Numbered from the whole stretch's first letter, positions 13,298 to 25,557 are shown. The stretch is 63,965 nt of DNA, filler included, from Octopus bimaculoides (GCF_001194135.2; 5 parts of 5 records of this genome joined end to end with filler, not necessarily neighbours in it); one strand, 5' to 3'. Notes: generated by a model not told the origin, from the sequence alone. Made by a program: numbers and translations.

Positions 13298-13714
13298 GTC
13301 ATTATTATTATTATTATTATTTTTTTTTTTGCCGGAAGGGCACCATTTGAGCGGGACATTACAAATCCAGTAGCTCCTTTTCTCTCCATTTTTGCATGAA
13401 TGCATTTCTACATATTTTGTGGTTGATCTGTTTAATATATTTGATTGTGTCTGGTTTGTTTCTCCTCTTAATTGCTTCCTAGACTCGCTCAACTTTCTTC
13501 ACTTTGTCGAACCAATCTCCTGCGAAGACATCGGGAGTCTAAGTTTGAATCTGTTTTTGTCTTTGAGCATTACGATGTGTCTTCTATACGGAGGAGACTC
13601 TCCGGATTTCATCTGTGAACCACGCACATACACACACACACACACGCATACATACACACACATATATATGAATATGTAAATATAAATGTGTATGTATGTA
13701 TTTATATATATGTA

Positions 13715-13755
<41 letters not shown>

Positions 13756-14384
13756 NNNNNNNNNNNNNNNNNNNNNNNNNNNNNNNNNNNNNNNNNNNNN
13801 NNNNNNNNNNNNNNNNNNNNNNNNNNNNNNNNNNNNNNNNNNNNNNNNNNNNNNNNNNNNNNNNNNNNNNNNNNNNNNNNNNNNNNNNNNNNNNNNNNNN
13901 NNNNNNNNNNNNNNNNNNNNNNNNNNNNNNNNNNNNNNNNNNNNNNNNNNNNNNNNNNNNNNNNNNNNNNNNNNNNNNNNNNNNNNNNNNNNNNNNNNNN
14001 NNNNNNNNNTATATATATATATATTTATATCTCTCTCTATATATATATGTGTGTATATATATATATATTTATCTATATGGCCTAAACTTCGAAGTCACTG
14101 TCAAGAATGTTCTTGTTTAAGAATAGTAGATTGGTAGATAGATAGATACATACATACATACACATACATACACACATTCATACACACGTACATACATGGA
14201 TGCATACATATATGCATACATACATACACACATCCATCCATCCATACACACACATACATAAAACATACACACATACAGACATATATACATAGATATATTC
14301 ACATGTATTCATACACACACACATGCATATACATATGTACATAAACGTGTGTGTGTGTGTTTATGCATGACCATCACCACTAGT

Positions 14385-14416
<32 letters not shown>

Positions 14417-15301
14417 GACCACTACCACCGCCTCCCCCACCATCACCGCCTCCCCCACCATCGACGGGTAGTGACTTTCCTCCGCCCGCCACCCCTCTCG
14501 CCCACCATTCGTCTTCATTCCACCTGCCAAAAAAAAAAGAAAACCCAAGACTGATCATTTATTTACAACAGTTCATTGCCCTGTACACGACATCTTGTGT
14601 TCGGGGTAGGGTTGGGNNNNNNNNNNNNNNNNNNNNNNNNNNNNNNNNNNNNNNNNNNNNNNNNNNNNNNNNNNNNNNNNNNNNNNNNNNNNNNNNNNNN
14701 NNNNNNNNNNNNNNNNNNNNNNNNNNNNNNNNNNNNNNNNNNNNNNNNNNNNNNNNNNNNNNNNNNNNNNNNNNNNNNNNNNNNNNNNNNNNNNNNNNNN
14801 NNNNNNNNNNNNNNNNNNNNNNNNNNNNNNNNNNNNNNNNNNNNNNNNNNNNNNNNNNNNNNNNNNNNNNNNNNNNNNNNNNNNNNNNNNNNNNNNNNNN
14901 NNNNNNNNNNNNNNNNNNNNNNNNNNNNNNNNNNNNNNNNNNNNNNNNNNNNNNNNNNNNNNNNNNNNNNNNNNNNNNNNNNNNNNNNNNNNNNNNNNNN
15001 NNNNNNNNNNNNNNNNNNNNNNNNNNNNNNNNNNNNNNNNNNNNNNNNNNNNNNNNNNNNNNNNNNNNNNNNNNNNNNNNNNNNNNNNNNNNNNNNNNNN
15101 NNNNNNNNNNNNNNNNNNNNNNNNNNNNNNNNNNNNNNNNNNNNNNNNNNNNNNNNNNNNNNNNNNNNNNNNNNNNNNNNNNNNNNNNNNNNNNNNNNNN
15201 NNNNNNNNNNNNNNNNNNNNNNNNNNNNNNNNNNNNNNNNNNNNNNNNNNNNNGTTGGTCCTGGGAAGGAAAACATAGAACTAAAACTTTAAAAAATTAA
15301 T

Positions 15302-15553
15302 AAATGCGCCCTTTTAAATCCTAGCCAGGCTCATGGGCCCCGGTTTCCCGGTTCCAATGGCGTATGTGTTCCCCACCTGGACGGGACGCCAGTCCATCGC
15401 AGCGTTACCCATTTTTGCCAGCTGAGTGGACTGGAGCAACGTGAAATGAAGTGTTTTGCCCAAAAACACAACGCATTGCCCGGTCCAGGAATCGAAACCA
15501 CAATCTTACGATCATGGTGCTGACACCCTAACCACTAAGCCACGCGCCTCCAC
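15302..15553 (-). mobile_element. SINE family C, full length, tRNA-derived with V-SINE-like central segment
   Basis: Minus strand: GTGGAGGCGCGTGGCTTAGTGG (A-box), GGTTTCGATTCC (B-box), GTTGCTCCAGTCCACTCAGCTG, CTGCGATGGACTGGCGTCCCGTCCAGG. Related pieces at 3623-3692, 4845-4930, 36407-36530 and 59500-59600. Confidence 0.85.
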
Positions 15554-16019
15554 GGAATTAATACTTAGGGTCTCTGTTTGTCAAGGTTGTATGTGCAGGC
15601 CATAGCATGATATTTATATTGGCTTGCTTCAGTTATTGGATTACGGCCATGCTGGGGCACTTCCTTGAAGTGTTTAATCAAACAGATTGAGTCTAGGGTT
15701 AATTTTTTAAGCTTGATACCTTTCCTATGGATATATTTTACCGAAAACCTAAGTTACCGGGACGTAAGCGCACCAACAACGGTAGTCAAGCGATGGTGGG
15801 GGACAAAGACAGACAGACACACACACACACACATGTATATGTGTGTGTGTGTGTGGGTTGTGGGGAGACGAGGGTTTCTCAGGGATGGGGGAAGGTTGAT
15901 GGCCTCATACCCGGATATATGCAGCATGAAGATCGCTCAGGGTGAAGTGAGATCCTAGCAACCGGGAGAAGATGTTATATTGTGGAACTAAACGTAGAAC
16001 TTGCGCCTTTTATGACTAC

Positions 16020-16260
16020 AACAGCATCCTCCTCCTCCTCCTCCTCATCATCATCACCATCATCCTCCTCCTCCTCCTCATCACCATCACCATCATCATT
16101 ATCATCATCACCATCATCATCATCATACAAGGGTATCGTTAACGACACCGCAGCTTCTATCACCCTGACCACCACCACCACCACCTACATCACAACCACA
16201 AACACGACTACCATCATCATCATCATCATCACCACCACCAGCAACAACAACAGCGACAGC
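16020..16260. repeat. Compound (CCT)/(CAT)/(CAC)/(AAC) trinucleotide tract
   Basis: Direct reading; explains the Ser/Thr/Ile-run ORF 15982-16320. Confidence 0.9.
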
Positions 16261-16646
16261 ATCCCCATCGCCGCCGCCCCCTCCCCTGCCACTTCGCTGT
16301 GGCAGGTGCAAACGTTGTAAACCGGTCGACTCTGGCTGAGTGTCTCATCAAGCGTTCGAGTGGCGGTGGGAGGTGGGAGTGGTCGATAGAATGAGACACT
16401 GAGTGGAAGGGGGGGAGGCGAGGAGGAGGAGGAGGAAGTGTGTGTGTGTGTGTGTGTGTGTGTGGCGTGGTTGCAATTAGCCAGTTCTAGACTTACCTGA
16501 CTGACAGAGCCAAGTCAAGCGGGAGGACGGAGGTGGCGGCAGAGGACTGTGATGTGGTGGTGGTGGCGTTTAGTGCTCCGTAAAGAGGAGGATAGAATGG
16601 AGAAAGAGAGAGACTAAGAACACAGACAGACAGACAAATATATATA

Positions 16647-16805
16647 TGGCTGCAGGCGTGGCTGTGTGGTAAGAATCTTGCTTCCCAACCACATATGGTT
16701 CCGGGTTCAGTCCCACTGCGTGACACCTTCGGCAACTATAACGTAAACCAACCAAAGCCTTGTGAGTGGATTTGGTAGATGGAAACTGAAAGAAGCTCGT
16801 CATGT
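16647..16805 (+). mobile_element. SINE family B head followed by expanded (CA/TA)n
   Basis: GGCGTGGCTGTGTGGTAAGAATCTTGCTTCCCAACCACATATGGTTCCGGGTTCAGTCCCACTGCGTG...GTGAGTGGATTTGGTAGATGGAAACTGAAAGAAGC. Confidence 0.88.
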
Positions 16806-17871
16806 ACATATACACACACACACATACACACATATATATTTATATACACACACATATATATATATATATATACATGTATGTATACACACACAGACACACA
16901 CACATATATAAATATATACTCATATGTATACATGCGTTAACACGCTATCTTAAAGCAAGGTATAGTCACATATATTATGTTGCTGTCCAGATTGGGGACA
17001 GGGCATAATACCCTTTGTCCCTTATCGAAGTATAAGTTGCATATAAGCTTTGCTCTTTACTTACTTTCAAAGCCTTCTTTTTTTACCACGTGTTTCTCAT
17101 ATTTTGAGCATTTAACATGAGTTGCTTCCGTTGCATAATTTGAATTTTATTCACTTTGATCGTATATTTGCCCAACAAGTGAATCGTTTATTAATTGTTT
17201 CTATAGACTTCAGACTGGCCGAGAAGATTTCGAGCGCGTGGTGGCGTGTTATTGAGAAGCCGTAAAAACGGCAAAATCTGTAACTCACGGTTGTTTCTTG
17301 GACGATTTCATTTCCTCTTGTTTTTGAAGCGTATCGCGTTTTTAACACTGCATATTTAAAGAGATTTTATGCTCCTTGACCACTGCAGCTACTGAGCTGA
17401 GCTCTCAACGATATACACGAGTTAAGTATATCTTATAGAGATAATTGTTTCTATTCTTCCTTTGCTCTGTGTCTTAAATCTCTTCGGGTTCATTTTAATG
17501 CTAATTCGTACATTACAAGTGCAATTTGTGAGTGGAACAGTAAAAATATGCAAGACTTTTCTCAAGTTCCAAATGTGAATTTGTCTCTCTCTATATATAT
17601 ATGCTTACACACGAGGGCGAGGGTTCGGCCCGTTTACCAACCCAAATTTTACCGGCAAAGAATTGGTGAAGCCAAGATTTTAACGGAAGACGAAACTGGA
17701 TTGGTTGGTGGACAAAGAGGGGGACACCTTGCTCTGCTTGTGTGTTTGTATATTAACACCCGCACGATTTTCACTAAGAAAAAAAAGAAAATCAAAAAAA
17801 TATATACGTTTGGACGTCTGTGTACGTNNNNNNNNNNNNNNNNNNNNNNNNNNNNNNNNNNNNNNNNNNNN

Positions 17872-17883
17872 TTAATTAATTAA
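17872..17883. other. Artificial scaffold-join linker TTAATTAATTAA
   Basis: Flanked by exactly 44 N on each side (100 bp total); stop codons in all six frames. Confidence 0.95.
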
Positions 17884-18520
17884 NNNNNNNNNNNNNNNNN
17901 NNNNNNNNNNNNNNNNNNNNNNNNNNNTATATAACGGAGTACGTATATGTGTGTGTATATACATACATATATATATATATATATGTATGTATGTGTGTAT
18001 ATGTGTGTGTGTTTTGTACTTTTCAAGAAGTGGAGGTGAAAGTGACTTCGAAGTTTTCAGCCTATTAGCTAGACTTCGACGGATCTCCCTTCTTGCAAAA
18101 CGTATAATAAAATATGTACTCTCTACAAAGATTAATGTAAAGGAAGGATTGAGTGAAAGAAGGGTGGAGAAGGAAACAGCATATTTAATAGTAGAAGAAG
18201 GTATGTAGTAAACTATACTAGTTATTTCATAGGAACAGAGGTCGCTAGCGTAGCGAAAGATAGAGAGAAGAAAGAGCATACACCTGAGAGATAAGAGTTG
18301 AAGTGTGTTGGGGGAAAGAAACTTTGTCAATCAGCCGGTCGGTCTTATTTTAGAGACGGTCGAGAACGTGTGTGTGTGTGTGTTTGCACAACAACCGCTG
18401 TATCCCATATAAAGAGGGGGCTTAGTTGAGTTTTCTATTGGGTTTAGATATTTATGAGAGTTGAAGTATATCTTAGCTCTAAGAAGGAAGAAACCTAGTT
18501 GTCGTTATGGGATTTCTTGT

Positions 18521-18737
18521 AAGGCGGTGAGCTGGCAGAATCGCTAGGACGCCGGGAGGAATGCTTAGCAGTATTTCGTCTGTCTTTACGCTCTGAGTTC
18601 AAATACCGCCGAGGTCGACTTTGCCTTTCATCCTTTCGAGGTCGATAAATTAAGTACCAGTTGCGTACTGGGATCGATCTAATCGACTGGCCCCCTCCCC
18701 CAAAATTTCGAGTCTTGTGCCTAATGTAGAAAAGAAT
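18521..18737 (+). mobile_element. SINE family A, full length, tail type i
   Basis: AAGGCGGTGAGCTGGCAGAATCG...GAGTTCAAATACCGCCGAGGTCGACTTTGCCTTTCATCCTTTCGAGGTCGATAAATTAAGTACCAG...TTGTGCCTAATGTAGAAAAGAAT. Confidence 0.92.
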
Positions 18738-18835
18738 ATGTAGGATTTCTGTAAGGCAGCGAGCTGGCAGAATCGTTAGCAAAAAGATGAGGACGTGGAA
18801 TGTATTAGTCTGAGGCTCGGTAAAAAGAGAAAATT

Positions 18836-18868
18836 TTTGACGTTTCGAGTATAGCTCTTCGTCAGAAA
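18836..18868 (-). ncRNA. Minimal type I hammerhead ribozyme motif in a probable Penelope-like repeat end
   Basis: Minus strand TTT-CTGACGA-A-GAG-CTATA-CTC-GAAAC-GTC-AAA: intact core, 3-bp stem II, palindromic ACGT stem III, 3-bp stem I. Confidence 0.6.
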
Positions 18869-18932
18869 GGAAAACAGAAAAATGCAGAGAAGGAAAAAAA
18901 AACACCAACAACACGTGTGTAGTTCCATGGCT

Positions 18933-19065
18933 GAAAACTCCTTATCCATGCAAGCAATGTAGATTTAAATGTCTTATCATATACATAGCACGCTCGTAAA
19001 TGATCATTCATATATATATGATAAGACATTTAAATCTACATTGCTTGCATGGATAAGGAGTTTTC
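18933..19065. repeat. Perfect 51-bp inverted repeat with 31-nt spacer
   Basis: 18933-18983 is the exact reverse complement of 19015-19065. Confidence 0.95.
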
Positions 19066-19734
19066 GACACAAGACATGAAATAGTTAAATGGGAAGAACT
19101 GAAGGAACATTTAAACCTAGATGGTTTCGCTCGCTTTTAATAACGGTTAAGGCTGGAAGGAGACACCGTCTATATGGCCTGAATAGGCCCTGGGACAACA
19201 GTGAGCTCAATGCAGATATGTTTATGAACTCTTTCTTCTGGACATTATGGCGTCTGACTTTCATTTCATAACAAGACGATATATGTTATTGAAATATACG
19301 ATATAGAAAACATACTTCGACATACTCAGCTACTTGTCGGTAATTTCTGTCCATAAGCATAATCAGAGTTAGAAGGAATGCTAAAAATCTCATAACAGGC
19401 AATATTGTGAAGATTTAATTAAAATTGTGTTATTACTAATTTCAAATGTTTGCTAAAGAAAAAAAGAAAAATGAAAGTATCAAAAAAAGAAAAGAAGAAA
19501 AACGATAACGAGACCCCGCAGTCCCGGTGAAAAAGAAAGACAATATATTCCAGTTGTAGCTTTTTCTAATATTTCTGTTATTTTAATATTCACATACCAA
19601 CTTGTTCATCTTCAAATATACACTAAGACAAACGCATATGCATACGTATACACATATATTGATAGCAAACCATACAAACGCCCGCCCACACACACAGACA
19701 CACATATTAGTATATCCATATCCATATACAATAC

Positions 19735-19767
<33 letters not shown>

Positions 19768-19769
19768 TA

Positions 19770-19812
<43 letters not shown>

Positions 19813-20467
19813 CATATATATATATGTATGTATGAATGGATATATATGAGTGTGCGTGTGCGTGTGCGTGTGTGTATACACATTTATATACACATACATA
19901 TAGTGTGATCTGCGTATGTGTATGTATGTACACATGCATATGTATATAAGTGAACACATACGATATTTTGCTCAAGCATGTTTATATATATATACACACA
20001 CACACACACCTATACACCTATATGCGTAAGCTTGTGTATCATATGCTCACGTAGATAGTCATACTAAGACATACAGCGTACACACACGCACACACACGGA
20101 CACACACGGACACACACACACTGATCTACGTTGATACTATTATGGCTTTCAACGCTTCCGTATGTCTATGAATATTCAAATGATATATGTTAATTGATAC
20201 ACCTCAGTAGCAACTGAGACTTATCTGCCTCACAGTCAAACTATTCTCCTCTTCTCAATTAATGAGATATTTATTGGGAAGACACATTTATGTCTTCTAT
20301 TTCCTTTGGTCTGTCTTCGTTTCTGTTCTATTTGTAAATCTGTTTCCCTAACAAAATAACAAAATAATATATGTATATGTATTTATTTATATATAAAAGC
20401 GTATAGTCAGGTGGTATAAGACGTGAATGTACATTTATTTATCTACTACAGATTTATTTACACTACT

Positions 20468-20538
<71 letters not shown>

Positions 20539-20934
20539 CCGTACATAGGCATTTATGTATCATACTCAATGCAAATACATTTAGAAAGGCAAATACATGC
20601 GGTATTTGTTCGGAGATAATACCTCTTGCGAGCGGACAATGTTTAAAAACACAAATATATCAGAAGCAAATGATAATCATCCAACAGCGGGCGTGTGAAA
20701 GCTTGGTGCGTATTTCTGCATCCTTGCACTTCGTCAGTAACGTGTACCAACTGACAACTGCACGTTAAGACGAAATTCCTCGTTACTGATACAGGAAAAA
20801 CTGATTTAAAAACTACTGGAGTTGCAATTAGCAATATTATTTCCGAACACCGCAGTTAATTTGCTTTCGGCGATGTATCTACATTAAGAATGGTACACAG
20901 ATAGCTATTTCGATCAAATACTGTCCATTATCAT

Positions 20935-20938
20935 CATC

Positions 20939-20986
<48 letters not shown>

Positions 20987-21215
20987 TGGTCGAGCTTGCT
21001 CGGACATTTTTTACTCGCACATGCCATCCATCTCGGTCTTGCATTAGTTGAGGGAGGTCATCGGAGAGGCGTCCAGTATATCTGGCGAGTTGATCTACAT
21101 TCGTTGTGTTCGGACGGTCTGCTCGAATACACCATGCTTTGACATCCATAGCAGTAGGTCACTTGCCAACTCATGTTTATCTCGCCAACAATGTCCCGCA
21201 AAGCTGTACATAACG
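20935..21215 (-). mobile_element. RTE-clade LINE 3' end with (GAT)n tail
   Basis: Minus strand FAGHCWRDKHELASDLLLWMSKHG, frameshift, DRPNTTNVDQLARYTG...DLPQLMQDRDGWHVRVKNVRASST, then (GAT)n. Confidence 0.85.
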
Positions 21216-22249
21216 GATTTTAATAATGCTTAGCTGTTGAGCTCAGTATAATACCGAAACAATTCAGGCGTTGCAGCGGAAAGAATGAATATTACATTAG
21301 TAGTTAACTAATATTGTCTGTTACGTTTTGTTAGGTTCAGAGATCTTTGTTTAAAGATATGAATAAAAACAGTAGCGTATTGGATTAGGAAATCCTTTGG
21401 ATAAAACAATAGAAAACAGTCGAAGGCCGACCGTGTTTCTATTCAAAGGGTTTTAACTCAATATTCACAGTATTATTTATAAGGTTATCTATTTCGAGTT
21501 CACCCGTTAAAAACAAATTATTTCACGTTCTCCCGAAGTTTCTACATTCTTATGACGTAAACCATATTCTTTATTTTTTTCTGATCACTATTGGAAATCT
21601 GAACCAGATTAGTGAAGAATGTTATTTCTGCCTAACCAGCTTTCTATCCAGGATAAGATTAATCTATAATCCCCATCGCACTATGAATTCGTGGTTCATA
21701 GAGTACAGTCACCCCAGAACCCGAGCAAAGCCATCGTATTTATAATAGAATCCAAAAGCTGCAACATAGAATTTTGAAAGGAAAAGTTTCAAGATTCAAT
21801 TACTAAATTTAGAAATATTCCTTGTTATATTAAAGATATGTTAATAAGTAACGTGCAAGGAAAAGAGACCGGCTCACCTCTTCAAGCAACGACAACTGAT
21901 TTAATGAAAGAGATTCTGTGCGATTGTTAGGCCTGCTAGAAATAGCAGCCAAATTTCGATCAAATTCCCCGTTACTATATTAATATGTGAAGGACAAGTT
22001 GGACAATGTAATACTGAACATATTGATTGAATCTAAGATGGGATGGTCATGGCTAGGATGTTCAATTCAGGTCTTCTGATAAGGCGCTAAATGACAATAA
22101 TAGTAATATATATATATACACCGCGCTTCCACACAATTTCCACCAACCAAATTTACTCACAAAGTATTGCTCGGCCCGTGGCTATAGCAGAAGACACTTG
22201 CCCAATGTACCGTGCAGTGGAATTGAACAAGAAACCACGTTGTTGCAAA

Positions 22250-22428
22250 GCGGTATTTCGTCTGCCGTTACGTTCTGAGTTCAAATTCCGCCGAGGTCGA
22301 CTTTGCCTTTCATCCTTTCGGGGTCGATAAAATAAGTACCAGTTACGCACTGGAGTCGAAGTAATCGACTTAATCCCTTTGTTTGTCCCTTCTATGTTTA
22401 TCCCCCCTGTGGGCAATGAAGAAATAGA
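22250..22428 (+). mobile_element. SINE family A, 5'-truncated, tail type ii
   Basis: Core as in other copies; tail TTAATCCCTTTGTTTGTCCCTTCTATGTTTATCCCCCCTGTGGGCAATGAAGAAATAG; abuts a minus-strand family B head at 22110-22245. Confidence 0.9.
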
Positions 22429-22718
22429 TATTTAATTATTAAAATATAATGGGTTAATTTAAACATCGATTGGCTATGGGGGCTCCAGAAAGGAATGGGA
22501 ATCAAAGAGTCTCTTCGGTAATGAAATGGTTGAGAGCAGCCGATATCACACTTTCCTTTCATCAGTCCCAAGTTTTAATCCAGTGATTAAAAAAAAAAAA
22601 TGAGGATTGTGTATTCTATATGATGTATGGCAGCCAGAGAAATATGTCCAGTGTATTAATTAGATATGATGCAGACGACAGGCAATGGTTAACAGAAAAA
22701 CTCTCTGACGGTATTCTA

Positions 22719-22974
22719 TTAGGTTGGTGCATAATTATTGCAGCTTTTTTGTTTTCAACAAATTTTATTCAACAAGAACAGTAACAATATTTAACAAAAA
22801 CATCTTTAAATGATGGTCTGACCGTCTGCCAAGCAAATGGGAAGCAGTAATTGAAGTAGATGGTGAATATGCTCCGGAATAATCATTTAAAGATGTTTTT
22901 GTTACATGTTGTTATTGTTTTTGTTGAATAAAATTTGTTGGAAAAAAAGCCTCAATGATTATGCAGCAACCCAA
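22719..22974. mobile_element. Mariner-derived foldback MITE, complete, TA target duplication
   Basis: TA|TTAGGTTGGTGCATAATTATTGCAGC...CTCAATGATTATGCAGCAACCCAA|TA; arms of about 95 bp; centre 22820-22882 encodes DRLPSKWEAVIEVDGEYAPE*. Confidence 0.9.
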
Positions 22975-24155
22975 TAGATACGGTTATGTTGTCATTAACT
23001 GGTGTCGATTCCATGTAAAGTAATATGGTCTCTCTTATCAGAGAACTAACAATTAATGAATGAAATCTCATGGGGAAGCGTAAAGGTGCAAAACACCTCG
23101 TCTTTGATACGATGTTCTTTGTCATTACACAAAGCCCTTTATTCAGCACGTTTTAGCACAGTTTTACTCCAAGTGTAAACAGAATGCGTTCATATTTTGG
23201 TTTATCTAAACAACTGACACCAACCCTCTAATGTATATATGTATGTATGTATGTATGTGTGTATGTATGTGTGTGTGTATGAATTAATGTACGTATGTAT
23301 GTGTATGTATGTACGTGTATGTATGTATGTATGTATGTATGTATGTATGTATGTATGTATGTGTGTGTGTATGTATGTGTGTATGTATGAATTAATGTAC
23401 GTATGTATGTATGTATGTATGTATGTATGTATATTGTCTTTCATTCTTTCGGGGTCGGTAAAATAGGTGCCCGCTGAGTACTGGGGTCGATGTAATTGAC
23501 TGAACCTCCTCCTCTTAAATTACTGGCCTTGTGCCAAAATCTATATTGAAGGTTGCGAGCTGGCACAATCGTTAGCACGCTGAGCAAAATGCTTGACGTT
23601 CTAAGTCAAGTTCCTCCGAGGTCGATATTGTCATTCATCCCATTGGGATCGATAAAATAAAAATCGCTGAGCACAGGCGCTTCGCTGCAATTCACTTACC
23701 CCTCCTCTGAAATTGCTAGTCTTGTGCGAAAATTTGAAACCAATTTATATATTAACCATAAATTGGACGCTAACATTATCGATGTAATTAGCCAAAAATA
23801 TTAATTAATTAATTAATTAATTGAAACTACACCCTTAATGACGTGAACAAATCAACATGTAAATGACGAGCAGCAGTCAAAATAAGACCCGCTCCAAATT
23901 TTAATCAATGAAATTAATCATTAATTTTCATCATTAGCCCGATTGTGAATCAGAACATTAATGGTCAAAGAAAATATAAGATTAATTCGCTGAACTTTCA
24001 GTATTCTTTAGAATGGTGAGTTCCAAGGTTATAAGATTTGTCCAGTTGTACTTAAACGGAAGCCTTTTATTTTTTGCTTGCTTCAGTCATTGGAATGCGG
24101 CCATGCTGGAGCACCGCCTTGCAGGGTTTTTAATCCAACGAATCGACCCCAGTAC

Positions 24156-24530
24156 TTATTACCTCCGCCTTCGCTAAGACAGAGGTATTGTTTTTAGTTG
24201 TTTGTTTGTTTGTTTGTCCATGGACAAGATATCTCAAGAACTGCTGGATGGATTACGATGAAACTTTCAGGGATGTTTGGCCTCGTGACTGGAGCGAACC
24301 GATTAGATTTTGGGATCGATCCGGTACCAAACAAGGATTCTGGGTTATTTTTCTGTTTTTTTCCCCGTTATTTTTGAGAGCAGTCGGGTTCATTTTTAGT
24401 ATTCTCTTTTGTGAGAGCAGTCGAGTTTATTTCAGATATTCTCATTTTAAAAATCATCTCTGGCTAATCGTTGAGAAGACGTTGGTGTTGCCTCTTGGCG
24501 GAGGTTTGCGCTCTCTGAGCGCTCTTGTTT
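24156..24530 (+). mobile_element. Non-autonomous Helentron-like (HINE/DINE-type) element
   Basis: Subterminal inverted repeats ACCTCCGCC (24161-24169) and GGCGGAGGT (24497-24505), (GTTT)n near the 5' end, 3' hairpin GCGCTC-TCT-GAGCGC (24508-24522), T-rich ends. Confidence 0.75.
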
Positions 24531-24721
24531 TATCATTAATTATTTAAAATTCTGGAACTGAATCTATAAGTACAGTTTAAAATGAAACTATGTCGGGAAC
24601 TCCACAAACTTTATCAGCCTTAGCTGTAAGACAACTGTAATTAGTATTCATACACACATATTTATTCATGTATGTATGTGTGTGTGAGTGTGTGGGTGTG
24701 TGTATGTGACAGAAAGAAAGA

Positions 24722-24728
<7 letters not shown>

Positions 24729-24815
<87 letters not shown>
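24729..24815. repeat. (GA)n microsatellite
   Basis: Direct reading. Confidence 0.97.
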
Positions 24816-24817
<2 letters not shown>

Positions 24818-25512
24818 AAGAAGTATTTTGCGTATAATACTTATCAATGACCTGAAGCCGAAGTAGCAGTGGATATTCCCATTTACTCCCACTGTAAGTT
24901 CCTGTTACTTATTTCTTCGAGAGGAAAACAAAAACCGCCAACTCATAACCGTCTTTGAATCTAATTCTATGAAACATTATCTCTTTATTTTATCTCTCTT
25001 CCTTTCATGCAATTATTTTTCAGGATCTCTACATAGTTTTACCAATTAAATCCAACAATATTTTCCTCTCCATGGCGTAAGCTTATATTTACTATACAAC
25101 AAACTACTTCACAACTTCTTTAGTCTGCATTATCTATATATGAAGATTACTTACGCTTTCAATTGTAACATTTAATTTATAAAACGATATACAAGCTTAC
25201 CTCGTATTTTTGCATCTACAATTCATACAATTGTTTAAAAAGACCTCCAGTCTTCTCGCTATCGTTGCGTTTAACTAAAAATTACACATGCTATAGACAG
25301 ATGTTCCTTATTCGTGGGAAATTCCTTCAAATTCTCAGAATATCTATTTTTATTTGATAGTTTTATTATCTTAACTTATATCTGACTACGAATTAATCTA
25401 ATTGACAAAAATTAACAGCTTGCTAGACAGGACTTAATTTAGCTTTCCTTAAGATTGAAACAATATTACAGCAATTTTTAAAGTTTAATAGTAACATTGT
25501 CGGATATGAGAA

Positions 25513-25557
<45 letters not shown>

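Noticed and set aside
13330-13620. Minus-strand frame starting AWFTDEIRR, possible LINE remnant
   Set aside because: Four stops and no second diagnostic motif; cannot be assigned
17200-17255. Possible terminal exon LQTGREDFERVVACY* after TTTCTATAG
   Set aside because: Too short, no recognisable homology, no linked upstream exon
23806-23821. (TTAA)n run resembling the assembly linker
   Set aside because: Not flanked by N; a natural microsatellite
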